A stretch of DNA of 37,766 nt from Octopus bimaculoides. Its lineage: Eukaryota. This document shows, one piece after another, positions 23,950-33,320 of this stretch. The DNA lies in assembly GCF_001194135.2 (NCBI RefSeq), contig NC_068986.1, positions 11,790,271 through 11,828,036 of the forward strand, read 5' to 3'. The notes beneath the pieces are model-generated. The model was not told where the DNA came from and did no database searches. It worked only from the letters and a program-made list of their open reading frames with translations. The translations under genes and the position numbers were made by a program. Numbering within the stretch: position 1 is the first letter of the stretch; every line of letters begins with the position of its first letter.

Positions 23950-24270
23950 TTTTGCTTGTTTCTGTTATTGGATTGTGGCCATGCTGGGGCACCACCTTGA
24001 AGGGTTTAGTCAAGCAACTTGGCCCCAGGACTTATTTTTAAGTCTTATACTTTTTCTGTCAGTCTCTTTTGGCAAGCTAAGTCATGAGGATGTAAAAAAA
24101 AACCCAAACCCAGTTGTCAAGTGACACACATTCTCACATACTCTCTAAATCCATTTGTAAGGCAAATGGTTGGCCCAAAGCTATAGATGCTTTCTCAAGG
24201 TACTACACAATGGGACTGAACATGAAGCGACATGCCTGCAAAGCAAGCTTCTTAATCACACCGCCATCCC
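23950..24270 (-). mobile_element. OR2-like tRNA SINE
   Basis: ggccatgctggggcaccacc...tgggactgaac...agcaagcttcttaatcacac is the reverse complement of the family. Confidence 0.75.
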
Positions 24271-24402
24271 AATACCCCTTCCCTCCTTCTAGTGTGGTTT
24301 TTCCAAATGTTCACCACTTGACCATAAAGTCGGAAGTGCATCTATTTCTGTTTAGACACTCAAAAACAGTTTGAGTAATATGACTTGGTTTAACCCTTTT
24401 GA

Positions 24403-24817
24403 GAGATGAGGAATTATGTGCATCATTTACATTATTTACATTTGATGGATATTTGTCCTCGTCTTGTTTGTTGTTAACACAATGTTTTGGCTGATATACC
24501 CTCCAGCCTTCATTAAGTGTCTTGGGGAAATTTCGAACCTGGGCTCTCATTCCTAAGGTATTTTTTTTTATATTATTATTCAGATCACTGCTTGGAATCG
24601 AATTCAGAATCTTGGGGTTAGTAGCCTAAGCTTTTAACCACTATGCCATATGCTCACAGGCATATGGCAGTGACCTGAATAATAATAATATCGAAAAATA
24701 CCTTAGGAATGAGTTCCCAGGTTCGAAATTTCCCCAAAACACCTGATGAAGGCTGGAGAATATATCAGCCGAAACGTGTTAACAAGTTGAGGACAAATAT
24801 CTGTCAAATGTAAATAA
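24403..24817. mobile_element. Foldback element copy 1: tRNA-like head plus hammerhead-like PLE-type body, arranged head-to-head
   Basis: Arms 24431-24653 and 24660-24817 are inverted; centre gccatatgc-tcacag-gcatatggc; minus-strand A box TGGCATAGTGG (24648-24638) and B box GAATTCGATTCC (24605-24594). Confidence 0.85.
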
Positions 24818-25534
24818 AGTTGATTGACTTGAGCACACCTTAATATATTACAAATACTAATTTTTCTTGGAAAGAAGTAATTTCAAAATTGCTTTTTTTT
24901 TTTCTTTTCAGTTCATAACATTCAAATAATTTCTGCCAATTTAGCATTGACCAACTTATAAACACTTTGTTTTTAGAATTATTGAAAGTTATCGTTTTTC
25001 TTCATCATTTGAGAAGCCTTAAGTTTAGTTTGAAAATATGCTATGCTCCTGCATCATCACTATCATTTTTACATCCACTTTTCCAGGCTTGCATGCTTCA
25101 GAGGGAGTTTGAGGTAGATTTTTCTACTGCCAAACATCCTAACTGTCACCAACCCGCTTATTTTGCAATAACTTTAATTCTGATGTGATGGCAATTTTCT
25201 TCCCTTAAATTTCAATTCTTGTATTTATATTGACAAAATTAGCAATTAGGTACTGCAGATGTGCTCTTTGTCAGAAACTGCTCTCAAAGTATTGCTTGTA
25301 AGTACCACACTCAAATATATTTTTAGTAGGTATTGTGTTCAGATGTACTTTATATTGGCTACTAAGGTACTAGACCTAAGAGTTTTTTCTAAGTTCAAAT
25401 TTTAAATATAAACTCAAAACATTCTTAGGAAGATCTTAAGGTTTACTTTAAATTCTTCACCTCATCTAAGGAAATAACAATACCTTTTTTATCAAACTGA
25501 ATTAGTTTCCTTAATGTCAGTCAATATAGACATG

Positions 25535-25805
25535 GGCATAACTGTAGGTTTTGGGTTCAGTCTCACTCTGGTACCTTGGCTAAGTTTCTATTGTTACTGG
25601 GCTGATCAAATTGTGTGTGTGGGTTTGTGTGTTTCACTGTTTGTCAACTGGTATTTATGTCCTCTTGTAACTTTGTTGTTTAACAAAATGACCAAATGGA
25701 TAAGTATCAAACTTTAAAATAGGTCCTGGGACTTATGGTGATTGGCTAAAACACTTCAAGGGGGTGCCCCAGCATGGTCATATGCAATGACAAACTTGGA
25801 AAAGT
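25535..25805 (+). mobile_element. Degenerate OR2-like SINE just upstream of the coding exon
   Basis: gggttcagtctcactctggtaccttgg...gtgccccagcatggtc. Confidence 0.65.
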
Positions 25806-25867
25806 TAAAAAAAAAAAAGCAAACAAACAAAAACCCTGTATTATACATTAGTTTTCTTTGTTTTCAG

Positions 25868-25980
25868 AGACAAAACAAAATGCTGAGACAGGTGAGACCA
25901 CCAGCCAAGGAATTGCCTCTGGTGCCACCTTGATAACCAATGGACTGAGTGAGGACCTTCCTGCACCTCCCCCAGAACTT
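25868..25980 (+). CDS. Internal coding exon (113 nt, phase 1 to phase 0) of an unidentified gene: xAG-TKQNAETGETTSQGIASGATLITNGLSEDLPAPPPEL
   Basis: Pyrimidine-rich acceptor tttctttgttttcag ending 25867; donor GTAAGT at 25981; open frame joins in phase with the 28642 exon; more GC-rich than its flanks. Confidence 0.8.
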
Positions 25981-26067
25981 GTAAGTAAAAAAAGAAATTT
26001 ATATTTAATTTGTGTTGGTTTTAGCTTAAATTATTGACTTAAGATGGTGGTTTCGATAGAAACCTGT

Positions 26068-26442
26068 GCATCATCATCATTGTTTAACGTTCTTTTTTCA
26101 TACTTGGACAGTTTGGCTGAAAACTGGCAAGCCGAGGGGCTGCACCAGATTCCGATCTGCTTTGGCAAGGTTTCTGTGGCTGGATGCCTTTCCTAACGCC
26201 AACCAGTCTGAGAGTGTAGTGAGTGCTTTTTACCTGTCACCGGCATAAGTGCCATTGATCTTATACCAGTATCGGCCATGACTATGGTCTCATTTGGCTT
26301 GGCAGGTCAACACAAGCACGGTATATCACCAAGAGTCTTCGTCACCTGTCACTGCCTCCATCAGGCCCAATGTTAGAACAGTGCTTTTTACATGCCACTA
26401 GCATGGGTGCCAGCAGACAGCACTGGCATTGGCCATGACTAG
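26068..26442 (-). mobile_element. RTE-tail element
   Basis: (CAT)n, then gtttaacgt...ggctggatgcctttcctaacgccaacc. Confidence 0.85.
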
Positions 26443-26554
26443 GAAATAATTAGTGATAAACACGACACTTTCACATGCCCAGGTATGCTGATTACACTCA
26501 AGTCTGTTGTATTTACATATAATTATGTCAATTCCTAGACATTGATTTCTTGTC

Positions 26555-27094
26555 TCAAAGTGTAATGGTGAAGCATGATCTTCAAACTTTGAGCCTCACA
26601 GAAGCAATGGCTAGTGACTGAGACCTTTGATATGCTGTGCTTGAGAAGACCTGTCAAGCAAAGTGAAATTGTAGTCAAGGATGATGTTGATGTTACATAA
26701 CTGGCACCCATACTGGTGGCATGTAAAGTGCACCATTTGAGCATTCTGCCTCACAGAGGCAAAATGGCTGAGTTCCTTTCAAACGTTGGACCCCATGGAG
26801 GCAAAGTGGCCAAGTTCCTTTTGAGTGTTGGGCCCCACGGGGGCAATGAGGGAGACCTTTGGCATTATGTCATGCTTAAGACTCGAGCTGAGCAAAATTG
26901 CAGCTGTGCAGATACCGATGTCATACAAATGGCACCCATGTTGGTGGCACTCAGAGTGGTTGGTGTTAGAGATGGCATCCCGCTGTAGAAACCATGCCAA
27001 AACAGACTGGTGCAGCCTCCCAGTTTGCCAGCCCTGGCCAAACTGTCCAACCCATGCCAGCATGGACAATGGATGTTAAATGATGATGATGATG
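26555..27094 (+). mobile_element. RTE-clade LINE 3' end
   Basis: From 26568 reads VKHDLQTLSLTEAMASD*DL*YAVLEKT (RTE C-terminus); 42-bp internal tandem units at about 26750-26850; tail ggcatcccgctgtagaaacc...gttaaa(tga)n. Confidence 0.85.
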
Positions 27095-27209
27095 ACACAG
27101 ATGACATTGAAATTTCACTGGTTATTTTCTCTTAATTCTAGACTACCTTTATATAATTAAATCATTAATAAATAAACCATTACATAAGGTCACATGGGTA
27201 GTCATGTTC

Positions 27210-27690
27210 AACATGATTGAAGAATAATCGGGACATAAGATCTTCCATTAGTCTTGGGAGAAAATTCTTTACCAAGATTTGTGTAAATAAATTGTACATT
27301 TGAATAAAAGAATATCTGCACATAGATACTTCAATTAAAAAACACTTAAAGTGCCAGACCCAGGATTTCAAGGTATCCATTAGAGTCAGCAAGAATAATC
27401 TCAGAATCATGGAGGCCCTCCTTATCAACAGAGACCAGCCATAAACAGGAAGGAACTACATGAAGCAGATTTAGTTACTATAGCAACATCAGTCTGTGCA
27501 TGTCACCTCCCTCCTTCTTCTTCCCCACACTCCTGAGCAATGACCTTAACATCCTTCACTTTCCCAAATGCCCTGAAGAAAGGATCATTGCCCTAAATAT
27601 AGAAATAGAAGGTAAAACTACAACTTGTTTTGTTTTGTTTTTGTAGTTTACTTTATTCTTCTCGCATGGTTCCAGTCTTAAACAGCAAAA
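27210..27690 (+). mobile_element. Penelope-like element 3' remnant: GIY-YIG endonuclease fossil plus pseudo-LTR
   Basis: From 27292 reads LYI*IKEYLHIDTSIKKHLKCQTQDFKVSIRVSKNNLRIMEALLINRDQP*, matching the R.KEH...H...F...LRI.EALLI...P pattern; followed by cctgaagaa...aaatatag. Confidence 0.7.
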
Positions 27691-27939
27691 CCCTTTAAAG
27701 TAAATAAATATGCATTTCATTTTGGGTTGTGAGTGACATCATTAGGAGGATGCGTGTGTTTTTGCTCTTTTCCACTTTTACTGCTATGGAAACTCACCCA
27801 GTCTCACACATTCTGGTAAGTATAGAATTATGGTTATGAAAACAGCAAACTATTCTGGGAGTGCAATGCTTGGTCAGATGAAAATTAAATATTTCATTCT
27901 AGCTTGACTGAGCATTAAGTATGTTTATACTCTTTGATC

Positions 27940-28335
27940 CTACAGTTCTGTATTTAAGAGATAAGGAATTATGTACATTATTTACATTTGGCAGATATTT
28001 GTCCTCATCTTGTTTGTTGTTAAAACAACATTTCGGCTGATATACCCTCCATCCTTCATCAAGTGTCTTGGGAAAATTTCAAACCTGGGTTCTCATTCCT
28101 AAGGTATTTTTTGATGTTATTATTATTCAGGTCATTGCCTGGAATTGAACTTGGAATCTTGGGGTTAGTAGCCTGTGCTGTTAACCTGAATGATGATAAT
28201 ATCGAAAAGTACCTTAAGAATGAGAACCCAGGTTCCAAATTTCCCCAAGACACCTGATGAAGGCTGGAGGGTATATCAGCTGAAACGTTAACAACAAACA
28301 AGATGAGGACAAATGTCTGTCAAATGTAAATAATG
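27940..28335 (-). mobile_element. Foldback element copy 2 with 12-bp TSD and one-sided tail
   Basis: Inverted ends gtacattatttacatttg (27973) and caaatgtaaataatgtac (28338); TSD tactctttgatc at 27928-27939 and 28336-28347; tail 27941-27972 on the left only. Confidence 0.9.
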
Positions 28336-28384
28336 TACTCTTTGATCTTGTTTTTCATGTTTTCTTGAAATTTTTTTTATTTAA

Positions 28385-28579
28385 CCCTTTTGACACCTAC
28401 CTGCCTAAGACCACCTTTGGCTCTATGATGTAAACCTCTTGTTTTAAAGTAAATTAAGACCTTTCACCAAAGTTTGTTCTGCATCCAAACAGCTTAATGA
28501 ATTATTTTGATTAATTCATTATTTTGAAAATGAGTTAAAACAAAGGCAGTGTTATTTCAACAGAAATATAGCAAAAGGG
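28385..28579. mobile_element. piggyBac-type MITE (family A), TTAA-flanked
   Basis: TTAA at 28381-28384 and 28580-28583; ends CCCTTTTG and CAAAAGGG. Confidence 0.85.
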
Positions 28580-28641
28580 TTAAACCTGTAAAATCAAAAT
28601 GTAAATTGATTAAAAAAAAAATTTTTTTTTTTTGTCTACAG

Positions 28642-29256
28642 GAAAATGGACATGAACCTACTGTGGAAAAGGTGACTGTATCAGAAGTTGAAAGTGAAGT
28701 TCTGAATGATATTGAAAATGATGCAATATATGATATTCCTGATCCAATTCCTGTAATAACTGATTCAGGATCTATCAAAAGTGGATCAGAAAAATCTGAT
28801 TTGGACAAACAAGAAACGAATTCAATTAAAACAGGATCGATTAAATCAGAGAAAGCAGAATCGGAAAAAGCGGAATCGGAGAAAGCAGTATCAGAAAAGT
28901 GTGAATCGGAGAAAGCGGAATCAGAAAAAGCTGAATCGGAGAAAGCTGAATCCGATATAGTGGCAGTGGTCAAATCTGATATTGAGTCGATTAAAGCAGA
29001 AGCTAATATATCAGACAACGAAGTTGCTGGACCAGCAACATCCTACTTCACAAAAGTCCCTCTTGAAGACTTAGACACTCCTCCTTCATTAGTGAAAGCC
29101 GTTAAAGACCCTAAAGAAATTGATGTTAGTGATCCATTAAACTTTGTTAATGTAAGTGCTGAGGAGATGAAGCAAAAGATCTTGTCCAAGAAGAAAATCA
29201 GGAAGTTCAAAGATATGAATCTAAAAGAAAAGCATGATATCTTAGACAGACTGTGA
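28642..29256 (+). CDS. Probable last coding exon: 204 aa, acidic and low-complexity, with (SEKAE)x7 and a basic helical C-terminus
   Basis: Acceptor (t)n-gtctacag ending 28641, in phase with the upstream exon; open to TGA at 29254-29256; repeat variation is mostly synonymous. The ORF-track start at 28549 lies in intron and MITE sequence. Confidence 0.85.
   Translation, partial: ENGHEPTVEKVTVSEVESEVLNDIENDAIYDIPDPIPVITDSGSIKSGSEKSDLDKQETNSIKTGSIKSEKAESEKAESEKAVSEKCESEKAESEKAESEKAESDIVAVVKSDIESIKAEANISDNEVAGPATSYFTKVPLEDLDTPPSLVKAVKDPKEIDVSDPLNFVNVSAEEMKQKILSKKKIRKFKDMNLKEKHDILDRL
28846..28950 (+). repeat. Coding 15-bp tandem repeat x7 (SEKAE)
   Basis: tcagagaaagcagaa/tcggaaaaagcggaa/tcggagaaagcagta/tcagaaaagtgtgaa/tcggagaaagcggaa/tcagaaaaagctgaa/tcggagaaagctgaa. 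Confidence 0.95.
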
Positions 29257-29941
29257 TGTATTTTTACTGATATTAATTCCAGTGCCAATGTTTGACTTTG
29301 GGATACACACACAGACACACACGCACACATTGAATTGAAATTAATGATTTCTTATACATACATTAACTGTTATATATCAAGTTTAAAATGTGTGTACATA
29401 TCCTGTTGGATATTTTTCTATCACAAGTGCCTGTTTTTTTTTGTATTTTTTTTGTAATAGTGTCTGACCAAAAGAATTTGTCTTGGTGGCTTTTCTTGTA
29501 TTGTTATTCTTGTCCACCTGTATCCACCCCGCCTCAATCTTTGCTTTTCTTTTCGTCCTCCTTATCAAAACACTGAATGTTTTGATAACAATCTTTCTAC
29601 TGATGTATTTACAATCATGGAAAATTTTCTGAATTTTTGCCATTGAGCAATAATATTAGTTGAAAAGGTTCAGTGAAATTTTGATTCACTCTGGCTCAAT
29701 GTTTTGTCTAATTTCTTGTTACTGTCATCAATGATAATTACTTAACTTCAAAAATGTCACATCTTGATTTTGTTTCTACTACTACTACTACTACTACTGG
29801 TGTTTTAGTTTTTCACAATTTTTTTTTTTTTTACTTCTCTTCTCCAATAGTCTTGTTTATATTTTTTTTCACCCCCTCCTTTTTTTCTCTTGTTCAGGTG
29901 CTCAGGATTAAATTTCAGTTTAAAATTGTGCTTTGATATAT

Positions 29942-30143
29942 NNNNNNNNNNNNNNNNNNNNNNNNNNNNNNNNNNNNNNNNNNNNNNNNNNNNNNNNNNN
30001 NNNNNNNNNNNNNNNNNNNNNNNNNNNNNNNNNNNNNNNNNNNNNNNNNNNNNNNNNNNNNNNNNNNNNNNNNNNNNNNNNNNNNNNNNNNNNNNNNNNN
30101 NNNNNNNNNNNNNNNNNNNNNNNNNNNNNNNNNNNNNNNNNNN
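29942..30143. other. Assembly gap
   Basis: N run. Confidence 1.
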
Positions 30144-30193
30144 ATAATGGATAGAGAAGGCTCCAAGTACACACATTATATTATGGTCCAATA

Positions 30194-30302
30194 AGGTAGA
30201 AAGCTGGCAGAATGATCAGTGTTGCAGGCAAAATGCTTAGCGGTGTTTCTTTTTGCTCTCTGTTCTGTATTCAAATTCAGCCTTTTAGGATTGATGATGA
30301 TG

Positions 30303-30340
<38 letters not shown>

Positions 30341-30422
30341 GTGCCAGTTGACTATCGGGTTCATGTAATCAACTTGAACTCTACTTCCTGGCCTTGTACC
30401 AAAATTTGAAACCATTATTATT
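30194..30422 (+). mobile_element. MetaSINE-like SINE with internal (GAT)/(AAT)n expansion
   Basis: agctggcagaatg...aaatgcttagcggt...gtgccagttgact...catgtaatcaact...ggccttgtaccaaaatttgaaacc. Confidence 0.7.
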
Positions 30423-31033
30423 ATGGTCCAGTTTTCTATTATACACTTTCTATTTAAGGTTTAATCTACAACTCTTCTTCATTCCACATTTTATACAGTT
30501 GTCACATGAACCTTACTTTAGCTATAAGGTACCTTAACTAGATTTGCTAATTCAAATGCGTTTTGTTTTGTTAGCCACAAATTATCCAAAAACTTGCTGG
30601 GAACAATTTCTAATAGTTTTGTGCAGGAATTAACTCTTTTGATACAATACTACTGAATAAAAAAAATGTAGACACTTTTGTCCATTTTGAATTAATATCT
30701 TATTTCTAAGTAGATTAATCAACTATTTACCTTTCATGGTTTTAATTGTAGTTTCACTGGTTTTTGAATTGTTTTAATATTCTGTGAAGAAAATCTAGAT
30801 AATTGCTACCAGTTGTTACTACTTAGCATCAACATTGATTAGCAATCAGTAGAGGATTATCAATGTCAATATAGATAGCATTTTAATTTATGTGAATTCA
30901 AATATTTATTCCTGGACACTTCCTAAGTTTCTCTGGCTTGTTTTTAAAGCGTATTCAGTTTTGATATAGTTAGAAAAGTTCTTTTCCTAGAAGACCAATT
31001 AATAACTCCCTCTTTTACTTCCAAGCACTTTCA

Positions 31034-31244
31034 CCCTTTAGCATTCAGATTACTCTGGCAAATGTAATGCGTATTTATTCACATTGCTTTGAATGAATCA
31101 TGGATTATCTGTTAGCTTTGAGATTATGATGTGATTGTTTACTTTTGGTGTGACTTTGTAGGGTAGGTGTGAGAGACCAGATTTGGCCAGTTTGAACATG
31201 AAACAATATTTTAGGTGAACATAACCAGTTTAAATGCTAAAGGG
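31034..31244. mobile_element. piggyBac-type MITE, family B
   Basis: 12-bp TIRs CCCTTTAGCATT and AATGCTAAAGGG; TTAA at 31245-31248. Confidence 0.85.
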
Positions 31245-31556
31245 TTAACAAAAAAATCTTTTGATCTTAGAAATACTTTCATGCTTATACGTTTTTTAGT
31301 TTGTGAAACCTGTTTCAAGACAAGTACACCATGGAATACATTGTTATCTGAGCTGCACCTTTCTATTACTGCTGTTTATTTTTGATAATTGGTATTTTAA
31401 TTGTGCTTTAAAGAGTAAACATTTTTTTTTGTTTTACTTTAATTTATCTTGATTAACATTCAGTTTTTCCCACCCAACTTTTTTAAACTTTTGCTAATAA
31501 AAACAATAATAAAGAAAATAAACAGTATGAAATGAAAAAGATATATACTCAATTCC

Positions 31557-31581
31557 AGACAGACAGACAGACAGACAGACA

Positions 31582-31618
<37 letters not shown>
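31557..31618. repeat. (AGAC)n-(AT)n compound microsatellite
   Basis: Direct runs. Confidence 0.95.
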
Positions 31619-31623
<5 letters not shown>

Positions 31624-31864
31624 CTATATTTGATAAATAGATATATTGATCTTGTTTCTAATTGGCTTTACTGTTTATAATAAAAACGAATAAAAAATGT
31701 TGTCTCCACCCTTTCTGAATCCATTTTTGTCTTGGAAACTTAGTATTCTCTCGGTAGCCATTTCATTCTTAGATTATCTTCTTGGTTCTTTATTCAAACA
31801 GTAAATCCTAGACATTGGCTGTGAGTTATTTTTCTCTGATAACGGAGGAAAAAAGATAAATGAA

Positions 31865-32062
31865 NNNNNNNNNNNNNNNNNNNNNNNNNNNNNNNNNNNN
31901 NNNNNNNNNNNNNNNNNNNNNNNNNNNNNNNNNNNNNNNNNNNNNNNNNNNNNNNNNNNNNNNNNNNNNNNNNNNNNNNNNNNNNNNNNNNNNNNNNNNN
32001 NNNNNNNNNNNNNNNNNNNNNNNNNNNNNNNNNNNNNNNNNNNNNNNNNNNNNNNNNNNNNN
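31865..32062. other. Assembly gap
   Basis: N run. Confidence 1.
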
Positions 32063-32301
32063 ACTGGAACCAATCTGTGTGGAATTCTTTACACCAATGT
32101 TATTGATTTACTTTTATTATTCCTTGATTTTTTTTGTGATATAAAGAGATGCAACAATTAACATTTGTCTTGGAATATATTTCTTTTCAGAAAAAGTAGC
32201 TAAAATGGGGACAGTAAATGACATTCCCACATTTATTTTTGTCAACTAGAGGAACAACACTTATAGCCTTATTACAGCTTCTCCCAGACTGGTCAGATTA
32301 A

Positions 32302-32497
32302 CCCTTTCATTACCAACCCAGCTGAAACCGGTTCTGGCTCTATAGTACAAATGTCTTGTTTTGAATTAAAATCTTCCACCAAACCTTAGTCACAATTTGT
32401 TCCCAGCACTATCTTAAAGATAACTAAATTATTTGTTAAAATTAAAGTAATTGATAGAAACACAGAACATCTCAACAGAAATATAGTAAGAAAAGGG
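32302..32497. mobile_element. piggyBac-type MITE (family A)
   Basis: TTAA at 32298-32301 and 32498-32501; ends CCCTTTC and AAAAGGG. Confidence 0.85.
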
Positions 32498-32528
32498 TTA
32501 AAATATATAATAGAGAAACAATTCTTAA

Positions 32529-32690
32529 CCCTTTTGATACCAACCTGGTTGAAACCACCTCTGGATCTGTAGTACAAATGTTTTGTTTTCACATGTTTTG
32601 AATTAAAATCTTCCACCAAACCATAGTCACAATTTATGTTCCTAACACTAGCTGAAACACAGAGCATATTAAAATACAGTAACGAAAGGG
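32529..32690. mobile_element. piggyBac-type MITE (family A), second adjacent copy
   Basis: TTAA at 32525-32528 and 32691-32694; ends CCCTTTT and GAAAGGG; colinear with 32302-32497. Confidence 0.85.
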
Positions 32691-32882
32691 TTAATGTGAC
32701 TGTTTCCTTCGAATGCCTGTAGACAGGAAGGGTACCAAGTTCTAGTCTGAATGGTTAAAATCTGTTAAAAGTACCAAAGAATTAAGGGGAGTGGTGCTGT
32801 TTTCTTATATTTCTCTTGAAATGCACTCCTTCTTTCAGTTAATTTCTAAAATAAGGAATTTAGTGAAATATTGTCAGTATTT

Positions 32883-33188
32883 GGTGCAGGTATGACTGGT
32901 AAGAAGCTTGTTTCCAAATCACATGGCTCTGAGTTCAGTCCCACTGTGTGGCACCTTGGTCAAGTGTCTTCTATAGCCTCGGGCCAACCAAATCCTTGTG
33001 AGTGGATTTGGTAAGTGGAAACTGAAAGCGTGTTCTGCCAACTGGTGTTGGTATGTTTACATCCCCTATAACTTGATGGTTTGATAAGACTTATAGAATA
33101 AGTAACAGGCTTTAAAAAAAATACTAGTTAAATCGTTTGATTAAAAATACCAGGCAGTGCCCCAGCATGGCCACAATCTAATGACCGG
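32883..33188 (+). mobile_element. OR2-like SINE inserted in a MITE remnant
   Basis: ggtgcaggtatgactggtaagaagcttg...gtgccccagcatggccacaatctaatgac; MITE-like sequence on both sides. Confidence 0.8.
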
Positions 33189-33320
33189 GTGTTTGAAGCG
33201 TAAATTTGCACGGAATTTTGATGGAAGGTTTCATTTCTTCATTACTAATTGTCTCAAAGTTGGTAATCAAGACAGAGGTACTTTGAGTGATATGCAGTGA
33301 TTATAGGAAGGAATATTTAG

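Noticed and set aside
24590-24655. Functional tRNA gene
   Set aside because: A and B boxes are present, but there is no complete acceptor stem and it is embedded in a repeated element; it is a SINE-type head
26716-27107. Overlapping ORFs with PHGGK-like 14-aa repeats
   Set aside because: These are translations of 42-bp tandem modules in an RTE 3' UTR
28549-28641. N-terminal part of the 235-aa ORF
   Set aside because: It starts at a non-ATG codon inside a MITE and runs through the poly-T acceptor; it is intronic
28557-29018. 153-aa minus-strand ORF with SDSAF repeats
   Set aside because: It is the antisense shadow of the SEKAE exon; the splice signals and synonymous pattern fit the + strand
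29805-30191. ORFs spanning N-gaps (also 31774-32144 and 36236-37205)
   Set aside because: They are open only because N codons are not stops
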